A DNA stretch of 64,000 nucleotides from Lama glama. Taxonomy: Eukaryota. The stretch lies in the NCBI GenBank assembly GCA_028534125.1, contig CM052817.1, positions 93,126,001 through 93,190,000 on the forward strand, written 5' to 3'. The position numbers were made by a program, and so were the translations under genes. This document shows, in pieces, positions 12,471-26,879 of this stretch. The notes beneath the pieces were generated by a model. It had not been told where the DNA came from, did no database searches, and was given only the letters and a program-made list of their open reading frames with translations. Position 1 is the first letter of the stretch; each line of letters begins with the position of its first letter.

Positions 12471-14498
12471 GTAGGTTTTCATTTCACGTTTGGTAAAATG
12501 TAAGTCTTTTTCTATATACAATGGCTGACAGTTGCATTTCTTTCTTATATTTCAGTAATCATTTCTATTAAATAATAATATGAATTAAGATAAAGGAAAT
12601 ATTGCAGCATCTTCTAACTGATGTGTTATGAGTAAAAGGATCTGTCTGTATCTAAGAGGAAAGTCTGCTAGTTTCAGAATTTTAAAGTCTCACTAGTTGA
12701 TCATGACACTGTCTTCAGTGGTTTAGCAATAGAAGTAAATTCTGCCTCTTACTAGCTTTCACTTTTGTTCTTTCATGACGAAACGATAAATATACTTCAA
12801 TTCAGTTTTCTTTTTATCTCAATCCATAACCAAAGTTTAGAGAGAATAGATTGGGGAGAGGGAGTCATTTTGCTTTATTTTTTGTTTTAATCTAGTAGTT
12901 TCAATGTCATTTCTAAGTGGTTAGTCTCCTTATTTTTTAAATGACCTCATGACAAAATATTTATTTTGTGGTGCTGATCTATCATTGCTGTTTTGTAGTT
13001 TCAGTGACTTTATAATTTATATACACATCTTGAAGGTATGTATGATAAAACAGAAACAAATGTCTCCATTTTGCAAAAAACAAGGATTTCAGACATTTGG
13101 GACTAGCAATAATATTCCACTGAAAAATACTCACAGAGTATAGGCTGAAGAGTAGACTTAGTGTATGAAAGCAGGAGAGCTTCTAACCATTCCGGTTTGG
13201 TGCTGCCTAATTAAAAGCAAACAAACCAACAAACAGAAAAAAGCAGTGGAAACAAAGTGAAAATAATCCGGCTTACAGACAATTCTATATATTGATTATA
13301 GTCTCTAGCTATATGGAATGCTTTTCATTTTCTTGAAATGCAACGCAATTTTTTATCTTCTGGTCTTTAAATACTCTGCTGCTTTTGGATGGAATATTAG
13401 GCCCTGATCTAACATGTTGTTTAAGCCAAGTGTTTCCTGACTGATTTTCTGTCTATATAATCTATGTGTTGATACAAATGGGGTGTTAAAGTTCCCTTCT
13501 GTTATTGCATTTCTCCCCTTTGGTATATTGACATTTGCTTTACATATTTAGGTACTGCTATGTTGTATGCATAAATATTTACAAACGTTGGATTGACCCC
13601 TTTGTCATTATATAATGACCTTTCCTTAACTTCTGTCCATGTATCTCATATATATAAAACATCTTGCTGTAATCCTGACAGCAATCTCATAGATCCACTC
13701 TTTTTAATTTTATTATATGGTTTGTCCTCTCTCAAAACAAACACTCTGGTTTCCTATCCCATTTCTAATATTCTAACGTAATTAACTTTCTGCCCTTCTC
13801 TCTCAACCTACATTTCTGCTTTCATAACCAAGCTTTGGACCAGTGGAAGAATGTAAGCAAACTGAACATTTACAGAGCACTTAAACTTTTCTGTTTGAGT
13901 CCTAAATTTTAGAGAGCATTGATAAAATTGATACTAGATTTGTACAGGTTTCAGGTAATTCTTCAGCTGTCCTTTATTGTAATAGAGAACCACAACTTAC
14001 AGCACTTACGATTTTTATTAGTATCCTAATCCTTTTTAAGGCTATCCAGTTTGTTTGTTTTTAAGTATTATTTTTTTTATGCTCAAATGAAATGTAGCAT
14101 ATATAGGATGAAAATGCAAATTAACCAGACTGATTTTTGCATGTACTTTGTGAATCATCTGATTATTTTATTGTGCTATCTCATATGAAACTTCATTTTA
14201 ATTTCACAAACCTGGAAGTCTGTCCAAGGTACGAGGGAACCCAGGAGGAAGTAATATCCAAACAGTTTTGCAGAGGATTTCAGAAAGGTTGACTTACAAA
14301 ATGTGTCAGATATCTTTGAAATTTTATAAAGTGATGTATTTAGAAATACAGTAATTGCATCTTAAATTTTTATTGCATGCTAAATATTGTGGCTAGGCAC
14401 ATTGCATGCATCATCGCATTACTCCTCATTACAACTAGTTATGATTTACTTTATTACCTCTGTTTTTTACAGGCTTTGGAAGTTAAATAAATTGCCCT

Positions 14499-15105
14499 AT
14501 ATATTAATTTTCTATGCTGTGTAACAAATCATTACAAACTTAGTGGCTTAAAATAACACCCATTAATTGTATCACAGTTATATAGATCATAAGTCCATAC
14601 AAGCTTGACTGGGTACTTTACTTAGGGTCTCACAATGTGGAAATTAAGGTATTTGCCAAACTGGGCTCTTGTGCAGAGGCTCTGGGGAAAACAAAATCCA
14701 TTGCCAAGTTCATTCAGGTTGTTGGCGGAATTCAGTTTCTTGTGGTTGTAGGAGTGAGGTCCTTGTTTCCTTGCCGGTGTCAGCAAGGGCTACACACCAC
14801 TTCTAGAGGTTACCAGGTTCCTTCTTACATGGCTCCCTTAATCCTGAGACCAGCCAAGGCACCTGTAATCCTTCTCATGACTGGAGTCTCTCTGGCTTTC
14901 TTTTGCCAAAGTTCTTTGCTTTTAAGGGCTCATGTGATTAGATCAGTCATCCTCACGCCCCCCCCCCCACCACCACCGCCATATAGTCTCCCCGTTAGGG
15001 TCAACTGTGCTGTATAACATCACATATCCACAGGGGTGATAGCTTATCATACGTCCATTTAAGGTGGGAATTTGGGGGATGAGGTGTATAGTTCTGCTTG
15101 CTACA
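14499..15105 (-). mobile_element. MaLR LTR (MLT1 family)
   Basis: tgctgtgtaacaaatcattacaaacttagtggcttaaaataacac...cttttaagggctcatgtgattagat...ttctgcttgctaca. Confidence 0.8.
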
Positions 15106-18100
15106 CCCTATTACTCAAAATAGTAATTGACTGAGTTGGATCTCCAGCCTGGTTTGGTCGAACTACAGAACTTTGTCCTTAGACCATGTTCATCAGGGCG
15201 CTTGATTTTATCCACGGGCATTTCGGAAACCGGCCTTATTACTGTATAGGCAGGCTGTGTTGGTACCACTTACTGCTGTGAAAAGTACTGCCTTAGAAGG
15301 TCCAACACAGACTTTACACGCACACTGGTCCTGTGAAATAGAAGACCCAGACGGTCAAGAGTCACATGAGTTAGGTTTTGTCATGCTCTGCATCTGTCTG
15401 CGATTTGCACTTAGTTTAGTTTAGTTTGCCCTATTTGACTTCAAGCTTTGGTTTCTACTTGTACCCCGTCTACCTTCTGCTTATCTTTTGAACACACTTT
15501 AAAGACTTGGTTAACTCAGAGTCACGCCCATTTCAGTTTCTTTCAGAAATTTGAGTGCAATCATAGTTTTTCTCCTTTATTCGTATTTTTTTCAGAGGTG
15601 ATTGAGTTGAGTGACAATAATTCCTATAGCGATGTGCTAAGGGAACTGCAAAAAAGTACAAAGTCAATCAAGAAAGATCCCATTCTTAGCATACAAAGCT
15701 ACCATTAGCTACATCTAACCACATGATATTTTTAGTAAGTGGGATATTTGATCCAATGCACACACACACACACAAATCAGATAAGTGTTATTTTGATGAT
15801 TTAAAATAACATAATCAAATATATGGTATATACTCCTTAGGCTGTTGAGTGTAACTTTTTCTAAGAGAACCATTAATTTCTTTGTTGACAGCTTTTGAAT
15901 CTTCCTTTTTTCTCCATCAAGACAATGAATGAATCTGGGTTTTTTTCCCCCATGATTTACTAGGTCAGGCAGAGCCTCACAGACTATAACGAGCTCAGTT
16001 CTATTAAGAACAGTCTAGTTTATGTGTGAAACAAAGTCCAATCCTAGTTCACTCAATAGTTAAGTAATTTCAGACAATTTATTAGCCATCTGTGAACCTC
16101 ACTGCACCTAACTGTAAAATGAGCAGATTTTTTTTCTAAACACATTTGTGGTGTACTTTGATCAGTTTCCAAGTTGCTAGAGATATTTAATTTATTTTTA
16201 TTTGACTACTTAGAAATTTGTTTGTTGGATCTCAAAAAGATGAAAAAAAATGTGTAGATGAATGTGCGTGACTACAGTAAAATTATTTGGAATGTGCATG
16301 GGATTTGTCATACTTAAGTTACAGGATTGTTTTTCTTTCTTCACACAGTGAAACTCTTGGGTTCCAATTTTTTGCACACTCTGATCTTCTCAAGTGTTTT
16401 TCTTTCTTTTTCTTGTTGCTTTTTCTCTCACTTCACCAGAAGTATCTTTTATTTTTATTGTTTTTTGGGCACAATCTAGCCATGATTTGATAAGACATGA
16501 ATATTTCTGTTATCTAGGCTAAATTACCAAAATATGAAAACAGAGACATCATGATAGTAGACTATGGCCGAAGTGTTTATTACACATTGTCTTAGCAAAG
16601 TTGTTTTTGCCTTTCTTTGTGAAATATATGAAACACTGGTGTTGTCATTCTGATGGGTTCTCCCCCAAATTGATGGCCCAGTGTGACAAGTCAAAGCATC
16701 CAAATGATGTTTTAAACTGTTCAAGAAAATTAAATGAGCAGTTCAATTAGAAATAGGGTCTGAGCTATAACTTCTCTCCCTAGAAGGGAGGATATTATGG
16801 ACAACCTACACATGGGAAATGATTTTCCTGGTAATAAAGTTTGGAAAATAGCAACCAAAACAGAACAAAATTATTCACGCTGTTGTTCAGGAGGGAGGGA
16901 ACAAAAAGAATTTGCACTATGCAGGAACCTCTTCTACTATATGTTTGCAGTGATGCCCTAGTGCAAGAAGAAACAGCTGTTTATCTGTTTTTCTTTTGAT
17001 TTTATTTTCTTTTTACACTGCCATTCTGTCAGCGCGTGGCTTCATAAAGCTGTTGGATTCTGATAGGGAAACTACCAAGTCCATGTGCTTTGGAAGCCAA
17101 TGTGTTGATTTTCTGTCTGGATTACAATATTTTATTATAGCTGGAGGGAGCGTGTGACTATGAGGTTTAGAGGCGGAAGTCTAATGCCACCTACACCATG
17201 TCCAGAAGTGAGCTGTCTTCCTGTGTTTTATTGCCTCATTCTACTGAATGAATATTGTATTATTGCTTTTTGTTGTTGTTGTTTGAGTATCAGAGACCTG
17301 TCAGATGGTTCTGTTTCTGTCGAACTCTTGACGGGAAGTTTTGTTGCAAAACTTCCTGCATGGAGATGGCTTTATGTCTTGGCTATAGAGGAAAGTCCCA
17401 TAAAATTTGATCAGAAATTGTGTGTATGAGTTGCTGCCCTGTGTGCTGTTAAAGAGCTGAGAACATGAGAGTTCGTTTTAGCTCAGAGCTGTGTTTGCCA
17501 AGTGTTATTTGGATGCATCCTTCATCTTACCACTTTCCTCCCACAGAACTTCTCTCCCGCCAGCCTTTCTTCTGGGGCTCAATAGTCTCGTTCAGCCCAC
17601 CCCTGCTGTACATTAGAACGGGCTCTTGGGTGTTTTTCTTGGATATTAGCATTGTCAAGGATGAAGCATCATTTATGTTCAGTAATTCACCTCTTTTATT
17701 ACTCTTGGCATCGCTCCTAAGAAGTACTTCATGCTGGGGAATCCTCAGTGAATATTAATTGAACATTCTGGGGAGTCTTTTTTATTGAAACAAGCATACT
17801 TTAATGCCACTTTTTCCTTATTAAAACTTCTTGTGCTCCACTAACATTTTTGTGGTCATGTCACCCTGGCTTTGTACCCTTACTGGCTAACACCTCTGAT
17901 ATTCAGCTCACTCAGTGCACACCTACATTCTCCCTGTAATGCTGTGACTGCAAGTGGTCCTGTTTTACCTTAATTAAGCGGAGCCTGAGAAAGTGCCTGT
18001 CTTCCATCATTGTACACGTTCCTTCTTTCCCCAAAACACCTTTTGATTCTTGATCTAAACTCTTATAAGAGCTGCACCGTGAAACACTATTTCTTTCCTT

Positions 18101-21100
18101 CCCTTTATTTTTTCTTATGAGTTGGCATGTCTAATTAACCTAAATAAAAAGGTGGAGAAGACATTTTCTAAAGGGTAATAGAAGTCATAATAATCTTTTG
18201 CTTTGCCCAGAAACAGGTTGCCCAGCATCAAAAGGGAGCCTAACTACACAGATATTTTTTCATGTTTTCCTTTAAAGAAACAAATAGAAGGGTAGGTGGC
18301 AGTCCAGATGGGCTGTTTCCTTCTGCCTTGATGGCCCAGGGAATCCCAAATGTTGACGTGCTTAACTGGGAAGAGAACTTTCTTTCCTCTTTTCTGCTCA
18401 TGACGCTTATTTGATGTAAATATTCATTTCCAGCACAGTAATGTGTACCCAAAAGAATCAAAGTGAAATCGTAGGATTCTTGACATGTATTTCATTTTGG
18501 TATCATTTATATTTTATATATTTCTATTGGAAGCTGAAAAAACATTGCTTTCCTAAGGCAGTTACTCTTCATGGCCTTTCACCCTCTAATAGGACCTTCT
18601 TTCTTTTCCTGTAATAACCTGCGGACTCTTCAGGGGCTCAGGTGGAATCATTGACTGCCTGAGAAGAGACGTCAGCGCAGAGGGCCTGTTCTCTCCGCTG
18701 GGTGTGCACAACGCCCAGGCGTTAACTGACCCGCTGTGTTGTTCCATTATTTTCTTTTGGCATCATACAGATTGTGTATTTTAACTTAATTCACAAATCT
18801 GTAGTTCATGTTGAAGTAATTTCTGCCGAGGAGTGATTTTTCTGGACAATTTTTTTCAATTTTTTTTCAAGTGTCAACATTAGATAACAGTTGAACAGGT
18901 ATAGTCCACTACAGGGATAATTAATGTACGACTTTGTTCTTTCACTGTACTTTTCTTCCTTCAGAAACAGTTTTTGGTGAACTGAGAGTTTTTTCTGAAC
19001 ATTGAATAATATTAACAACAAAGACAAGTTTAACTGTTATCTTTCTAGATAAGCAGCTAACACAGTGATATCAAATGCCTCGCTTTGTTCTCCTTAACAA
19101 TTCCTTCCTCTTCTTAAAATCAGATCCATATTTGTTGAAAGAAAATGTGAACAAGCAGGAAAACTTTACTTAATGATGACTCACCTTGAATTTTCTGTCA
19201 AGTCCGACCTTGGAATATATTGATAATTGAAATCCACAAAAAAATTTAATTTTATCTAGTTATAAATTTTTCCCCATCAAACTTTTGACCAAAACCATTT
19301 AAGGTATAAGGTGCTAGCTAGAATTTTCTACCACAGCGTCAGTGCTGTTTACCTTGTGTACACCACGCGTCTGTAACATATATCACACTGAAAAATATAT
19401 GAAGCTCTGTAACAGTGTAGATTGTGTCACATCCTGAAGAATGACAGAGATGCATGTTTGTGCACACAGCACTTGCACACGCGTGCACGCACACACACAC
19501 ACACGCCATGGAAAGCCAACGTTAGAAAGCTGCCGGGACAGTTAGGGAGTGCTAAGAGACACTGTGATGTCATAGAAACACTGTGGGAACCTGGCACAAG
19601 TTTTATCTGATCTATATATTAGGACAACATTCTTGAGTTTATTTTCACATCCAGTCACTGGAATAATAGTTGTTTGCCGGTGAAGAAGGTGATGCTGAAG
19701 AGAAGAATAAGAATAAGGCTTTAGGCTTGGTGGGGGGACAGAATTTCTAGGGGAAAAAAAGCATTGCTCACGTTTCAGTTTTATTAATAGAATTCTAAAG
19801 GGGGCTAGAACCCCAATACGCTGTGAATGGATTTGGAGAGAGACTGAATAAAGGCCAGCTTTAGCAGGCCAGTCAAAATACAGAAACGCGATGAATACTA
19901 GCTAAAGCAAGTTATATATATGGACTTCAGGAAGCCACAGTAACAAAGAGGGCCACAGCCCAGGTGGAAGCGCCTACTGGGAGTGCTGGGGAGGCTGGGA
20001 AATGTTACGCTGGGATCTCAACTAATTATGACCCAGGCAGATACTTACCCATCTAATGGTGAGCATGTGGGTTCAGCATGCAGTCAACTACAAATTCTCA
20101 CTCCTGAATAATCAACAGTGTCTCTTTTCCTATAGAAAGTATGACTGCTGATGACCAGGAGACAAAAACTTATTTATGAAAGTAGAAAGACTGTCTATCA
20201 GCTTAGGGCACTAGTTTGCCTAATAGGTTAACAACTGGTCTGAGTGTTATACTGGATGATATTAAAAAAAAAATGGTGTGTGATTTTTTTTTTCCTCTTC
20301 AAGTGTGGATTGAATTGCTGACTAATTCCTATAAATTGTTAAATAACGTCACTATCTAAAAACCTAAAGTTGTATCCCATTACCCAGAAAATTATATCTG
20401 ATTCCTCACCTTAACTTTGAAGATCACATGCAATCCAGCTCCAACCCACCTATGCAGATGTATTTCCTCTGACTTCCTTTGTTACTTTCCAATTGGTGGC
20501 TCGTCTTAAGTTTTGTCGTAGTCGGATGGTATGATTTATGCTGGGTCTATATTAGCTGGAGTATCTTCCTTCTTCCAACTCAAATTATACTCACTCTTCA
20601 ATACTAACCTCAGTTGCCACCCCATCCAAAAGCCTTCTCCATTTACAACAGCCTTTATCCAGTCTTCTTTATTATGCATATATTCATGTATTCACAATCA
20701 CAACACCAACATTTATTGAGTACTGTCTATGTTACAGGTGCCGTCCTCTCCTAAACATGAATTTTTATTGCATGTATAGTCATATGCAAGTAGTTATACT
20801 GAGTTTGTAGTTTAATGTTTATTTTACTTACACTGCAAAACTAACCCACAATGGCAATAATTATGTCTTTTTTAAAAAGGGAAATTATGAAATAGCATGA
20901 GACATAACCAGGCAGGGAGTTGCAAGTCTGGTTCTGTGTCTCCTGTTGGCTGCTCCTCCATTCTTGGGTAATTCAAATCAGGGGACATTTATTAAGCGTC
21001 TATCATGTTGATTACAATATTAGGTGCTATAGAAGATACACAGATAAGTGTGTTTTATTCATGCGTTATGAGTATGCATTAAAAAACATCATTTTATGGC

Positions 21101-22029
21101 ACCAACAATTTAGAAGAAAGGGGTCCTGAGACCTCTACAGGATTTAATGCTTTCGCTTCAAATGATTTTTATCTACATTTTTGGATACGTGCTTATAGGC
21201 ATTTTTCTAAGGAGGGAATACATAGCTTTTAGATGTTAAATGTGTCACTGATGACTAAAAAAAGGAGGGGGAAAGTGCTCAATTTGTATAAAACAAATAC
21301 CCAACTAAAGAAAAAGAACTGAAGAAGAGCAACAATGTTCTAAGCTGGGTTTAAACAAAGGGAAAATGATATCCAACTGTGGTCATTTCGGGAAAGGCTT
21401 CTGGAAAGAGATGGTTCTTGGTTTATATGCCAGTATCTTTTGGCTTCAGCTTCCTCGTGGAAAAAGGAGTAGATTATAGGATATCTGTTATTCTTAATTT
21501 GGTTCTTCTCAATTTGATCACCAAATACCTATCAAAATGCCAGTCACATTATAGGTACTCAGAAAACATCCATTAATTAGCCTTGAAATGAAACTTTTAA
21601 AATTTTGCTGTCCCCAGTATATCCACTATCTTGAGCTGAAGTATTAGAATATTTTAGCATTAGCTTTCCTGTGTTCCATGAATGAAGGAAAGATTTATCA
21701 GATGTTCACATATCATTATTCACTCTTCCACTTGGCAGATCAGAATGTTTAATTCATTATTTCTACTTTAGTTATTCATAGTGATTTTTAATACCTTTGT
21801 ATTTTTGTTATACTTTCTATTAAAGCAACTCCCCATGAGTCTTTATGCTCGGGGCTAGGAGCTGTCTCAGATCTGCCTGCTGTTAACCAGTACCTCGCAC
21901 ATTCCCTTAACTAAGAGGGGACTTAGTTAAATGTTGAATGAAAAATGAAAGGATGCATGTCAAAGTGCATCAAAACGATCTTGAAATTGCCTGTTTCAGA
22001 ACAGCATGGAGTTTAAAGAGCATTGGCTC

Positions 22030-22205
22030 AAAACATGAGATGACAGGTTCAAATCTTGACACTGTCTTGTCTCCCATGAGTCACTTTAGGCAAGTTCCTC
22101 AAAGTCTTTGTCCTCAACTTCCTCATCTGTAAAGTGTGGTAATGTCAATGTCTACCTCATAAATTTATCTGATTAAGTGCTTGGACGAGTATTAGCACAT
22201 TATAA
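22030..22205 (+). mobile_element. MIR SINE
   Basis: ggttcaaatcttgac...ttaggcaagtt...cctcaacttcctcatctgtaaagtg. Confidence 0.7.
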
Positions 22206-22211
22206 ATGGGA

Positions 22212-23195
22212 GAATCCAGGTTTGTGGGGCCTCAAGATTTTATAGCGTCTGGGACCCCCTTTACGCAAAAGAATACCAAATTATAAATACAAAATCAATT
22301 AGAACTTTTTTGGCAGGTATTTACTTAGAGTGGGAATAGAAATCACAAATTACAAATACCAAAAAACTGAAAAATACCACAAGCATCACAAAGCATTATC
22401 ATTATTAAACTTCCTGGCTCATCTTTATATACATTTATTTCCAAAAATGCACATTTTTGTCTGCACACACTCAGATTTCCTCTTTGCTATGAGAATGATT
22501 TTTTAATACGTTCTATAGAGAGACTAGGAAGAGAAGTTACTCTTTTCTCAGCAAAACAGATTGAAATTTGTTTTTCACTACTGATGGTTTAGGTAGTATT
22601 CATTTACCTTCAGAACACGTAACTGGAAGTACCCCCATTTTTAACTTCCTCCAGGTCTGCGTGCTCAGGCAGTCCCTCTTGTTTGGAGGGAAGCCTCAGA
22701 GAAGTCCAGCGTCTGGGTTTCACTTGGCACGATCTCAGATGGGCCAGTGCCTTCGCAGTGTATCCAGCCTGGCCAGGCCCTCTCTGCTCCCTCCTGACTC
22801 CCCATCCTAACCCTTGTGAGAAGAGGGAAAATGCACATCAACACGTATCTAAATAAAGCATCTGTGTAAAGTAGCGGAGAGCCTGGGGACACAGTGGCCC
22901 TGAGGCATCAAGACACCAGGCTTGGTGTCACATTCTTAGAATCACTGATGAGGTCCAGATTCTCCGTGAGGTCTTCTGGGGTTAGATTGTCATTGGAGTC
23001 CAGATAGATTGAGGGGAGCGTTGGCAGCCTGCCTGCCAGCAGCATCTGCTGAAAACCTGGGGTGACAGCTAGGAGGTAGAACTGACCACCAGGCTGGGGT
23101 CACCCCCCATGCCCCTCCTACAACGCTGGGCTGCTGCTTCCTCACTATGGGCAATGTGAGTTAGGGCAGAGCAGAAGCTCCACTGATTCCATGGT
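22212..23195. mobile_element. hAT-Tip100 relic (Zaphod/MER115-like)
   Basis: aatccaggtttgtggggcctcaag...aaaagaataccaaattataaatacaaaat resembles the recalled Zaphod/MER115 terminus; right boundary uncertain. Confidence 0.5.
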
Positions 23196-23569
23196 AAACC
23201 TGCCTCATTCTCAGTGTTTAATCTTTATTCTCTAATCTTTCACTGCCAAATAATTTTTCAAAAAATCCCTAGGAGTTTTGCAGTGAATGTCTTTTTCGAT
23301 CTTACATAAATTTTTTTTTTAATTTTCAGGAGTAATTTTCTTTCTCTGCTTTGTGCTAATATAACAGGGTAGGATTCCAGGTGACCTAAACTTTTACTAA
23401 AATGGACTTTGAAATGGGCTGTCCCTTGGAATATTTATGCTTAATATTTCATGTTCATATTAAGATCAAATCATATTGAGGTAAAAATGCTGTATTTCCT
23501 TCATTCTTAAATATCATTTGCAGTGGATACCATGTTATGGCCTTATTCTCCTTCAGGAATGAAGAATTT

Positions 23570-23917
23570 GCTATTTTGACTGCTGGGAGTGCTCCCTGCT
23601 AGTCTTCATCAGACAGTCGACTCTGGGAGAGACTCTCTTGCCAAGGTCATGCCCACTCTCCAGGGACGTGTGCCTCTGTCTGGTGTTCTTTGCAAGGAGG
23701 GAAGTGTTACAAAGGCACTCTTTTCTCCAACTTGGACAACTCCAGAGGGCCATCCTAGCTTCAGAGCTCCATGGAGCGCAGATAGTGCCTGCGTAACGAA
23801 TGGCCTCACTTTCCCTTACCTTCTCCCAAAGGGAGTGATGCTGACGACATTGCCCAGTAGACATCCTGCACATAAATCCGTCTCAGAGTCTCCTTCCCAG
23901 AGAACTTGCCCTGAGAC
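23570..23917 (+). mobile_element. ERVL LTR (LTR16-like)
   Basis: 3' end acatcctgcacataaatccgtctcagagtctccttcccagagaac...tgagac is typical of the LTR16 group. Confidence 0.65.
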
Positions 23918-25075
23918 GCCATCCTTTCTTTAAGAAACACAGTCTTTTTTCTAACAGCTTTCAGGAGATGAGAACAGAGATCTTTGATAAGATGTGACCC
24001 TCTTTCAGAAATGTTCAAATTGCCAGAATGTGCTTCCTCCATTCAAGGACGTGTGCTGAGTCCACGAGAGGGCTGTAATTGCTTGCTGTGTGATTGTGTT
24101 AGTGGTGACCAATAACCCAAAGCAATTAGAAGCCTTTCACTGAAGCCATTATTGGAAGAAAGGTTAAAGATTGTTATTCTTCCCTTTTCTCACTGAAGTT
24201 TTCTCTTTACTTGCTTCTGATCTCTTCTGAACGCATGGTTTTAAGCCAATGTGTTACATTTTTAGCTCTGCCATGTCTTGAGTTTCTAATTTCTATACTC
24301 ATCTGTCTGCTAGACCGTTTTCTTTGATATCCCCCCAGCCTCCCAAACTTAACATGTCCAACACTGGGTGAGTCATTGCCCCCTCAAACCAGCCCCGTCT
24401 TGTGTCCAGTCTCAATTAGTGGCCCCCCTACCCTGACATTCCAAACCATAAAGCCTGTGAGACATTCTAGACTCTTCTTCCTGCCTTGCTTTAGATACCC
24501 AGACCACCACCAAGACCTGCCGTTTTGCAGGGAAATATTACTCCAATAAGTAATGCTATTACCACTTTTCAGTTCCTACTACTACTTCTTCAGTATAGAT
24601 CCTTATGTGAATTACCTACTGTAATACTATTTGACTCATTTTCTTACCTTCAGTCTTGTTTCCTTTAAATATATTCTCTGCAGAGTGGTCTAGATGATCT
24701 AAATTAAATGAGAATTTGATTGTGCCATTGCAGCCATGAATACAGGGGACAGTAAGTTCTCCTGTCAATCAAGGCTCTCCATGACTTAACCCATTTGTCA
24801 TTGACCATACCATGTTGACTCACTTTCTCCAGCTTGAAGTGCTGGTAAGATTGAAGAGCTTGGCATTTACCCAAATGTGTCACGGTGTTTCATGCCTCTG
24901 TGCCTCTCCCCATTATTTTCCCTCTACCTGGAAAGCCCTTTTCTCCTTTCGTAGATTGGCTGACTTTAATCATTCTCTAAGGTAATCTACTTTTGTCATC
25001 TCCTCAATGCTTTCTCTACCTACAAATCTGTGGTGCCTAAACTGGTTTAGCATTTACAATATTATAATGAAAGTA

Positions 25076-25991
25076 TGTGGGTTCTGGTCATCATGGATTT
25101 TGTCCAGCAAAAGTCCCACCACAGAAGAACGAAATTACTCAAGTCTTTATCAGATCACGAGAGTGAGAGGGAGCTGGAGACTGACTACCCAAGCTCCTGA
25201 AAAGCTCTTGTATTTATTGAGAATAGTCAAACAAAGAGTCAAAGTGAAATACGTCATAGGAATGAGTACGGGGCATGGTATACATGCAAGGATGCAGGTC
25301 AGCAGTTTCAGTTCGTGAAAAACAGAAACATTATAATCTTAATTTAAATTTAGAGAGAAGGTTACAATATTGATAGTACAAACAATTATTTTAAGCCTCA
25401 AACAGTCATGAGCAAGGTTACAGTGTTCAGAATATTTGATAATGAAAACCCAGACCACCACAGAGTCTCCATACAACAATCAGAAATCGTCTAAGCACGC
25501 GAAGCAGCCCTGCTGCTCCCAGCTAAGGGCTAAGTCAGTCTTCTGTGAGCAAGGGCAGCCTGCATGTCCACCTGCGCCTGATGAGCGAAGCATGTCCTGC
25601 AGGTTAGGGCAAGGGACAAGTTACGGTTTTCCATAAGCACAAGCAGCGCTGAATCTATGACCTCGAACTAAGCAAAGCCAGCAAAGCATGTCTCTGCTTT
25701 TTATGGCAAAGAGGCAGTTTGTAGCAGTTTTCTGCTAGCAAAGCAGCTTCAAGGCAACTAAGCTAAGTTCCGTAGATAAGGTGGTGACTGGCATTGAGAG
25801 TTCAGTCTTTTATGCTCTTAGACTTTTTGCTTTGTAGTAGCAGTACAACGACAAATATAGAAAGCATTGGTTTTAATTAAACATTTCTTACGTGTTTGCG
25901 TAAAGTTGAGAATACATAAAGGTGAGAATATGATTTAGTAAAGCAATTATTACAGTATCAAAGTTTGTTAAGCCAAGTTTGTGCTCCCACA
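25076..25991 (-). mobile_element. Solo LTR, probably class II (ERVK/betaretrovirus-like), about 916 bp
   Basis: TGTGGG...CCCACA inverted termini; near-perfect 6-bp TSD aaagta/aaggta; minus-strand AATAAA at 25213-25218. Confidence 0.72.
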
Positions 25992-26289
25992 AAGGTATGT
26001 GTGCATTTCTATAGTCTCTTCAAGGACACGTGCTGTGCTTATTCATCCTTGTAACCCTAATGCCGGGCACACGGAGAATGCTCAGTAAACGGTGGGAAAC
26101 AGAACTAGATGGTGAAGACAATGGGTCTCTGGTTCCCTTTGTATTTATTGTCACTTTGTTAGTGAGGTCTTTCTAGTCCATCTTTGCAAAATAGAGGTGC
26201 ATTTCACACATACTGTATTTATTGTTCTCTACAGTAATGGAGTTCACTGTCAGTCATACTTTATAATTGCTCCTTTAGTTGTTTCCTGC

Positions 26290-26750
26290 CTTCTTGGTTT
26301 TTTGCTTGTTTGTTTGTTCAGTGCTGCGTCTTTAGAAGAATAATGACTGACACAAAGTAGGGGCTCAATACCTATTTGATGAATGTGTGAGTGAATGAAA
26401 GGACCAGGACTAAACTCCAGTTATGTTCCTTATCGTGTGTCATGTTGGGCAAATGACTTAACTTCTCTGAGTTTTACTTTCTTCATTTGTGAAATGAGGC
26501 TGATGATAATGATGCCTGCCGTACGTTTCTCAAAGGCTGTTGGTGAGATACCAATGTAATAGGTGATGTTGTGAGTCCTTACTATGCCCCAAGCACAATA
26601 TAAAATTTAATCTTCACAATAATAATAGGAGTTATGTTCTATGATCATCTCCATTTTTGCTGATTTGGGGGGAAAAAAAGAATTTAGGTTTTGCAGCATC
26701 TTGAAGTCACCTAGAGAGTAAATGAGAGCTAGGATTAGGACCCATCTAGT
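26290..26750. mobile_element. L2 3' end plus MIR fragments
   Basis: gacacaaagtaggggctcaatacctatttgatgaatg (L2 tail); ttgggcaaatgacttaacttctctgag (MIR core); a further antisense MIR-like piece. Confidence 0.65.
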
Positions 26751-26879
26751 TGTGAGCGCATCAGTGATTAACTGACAACCCTGGGCGTGTGTCTCCTCAT
26801 TCTGTGCCTCTACTTAGTGAAAATAACCCCAGGTAGGAGTCTTGCAGGTTTGTACTGGACAGTCTTTATCAGTTGGAGA

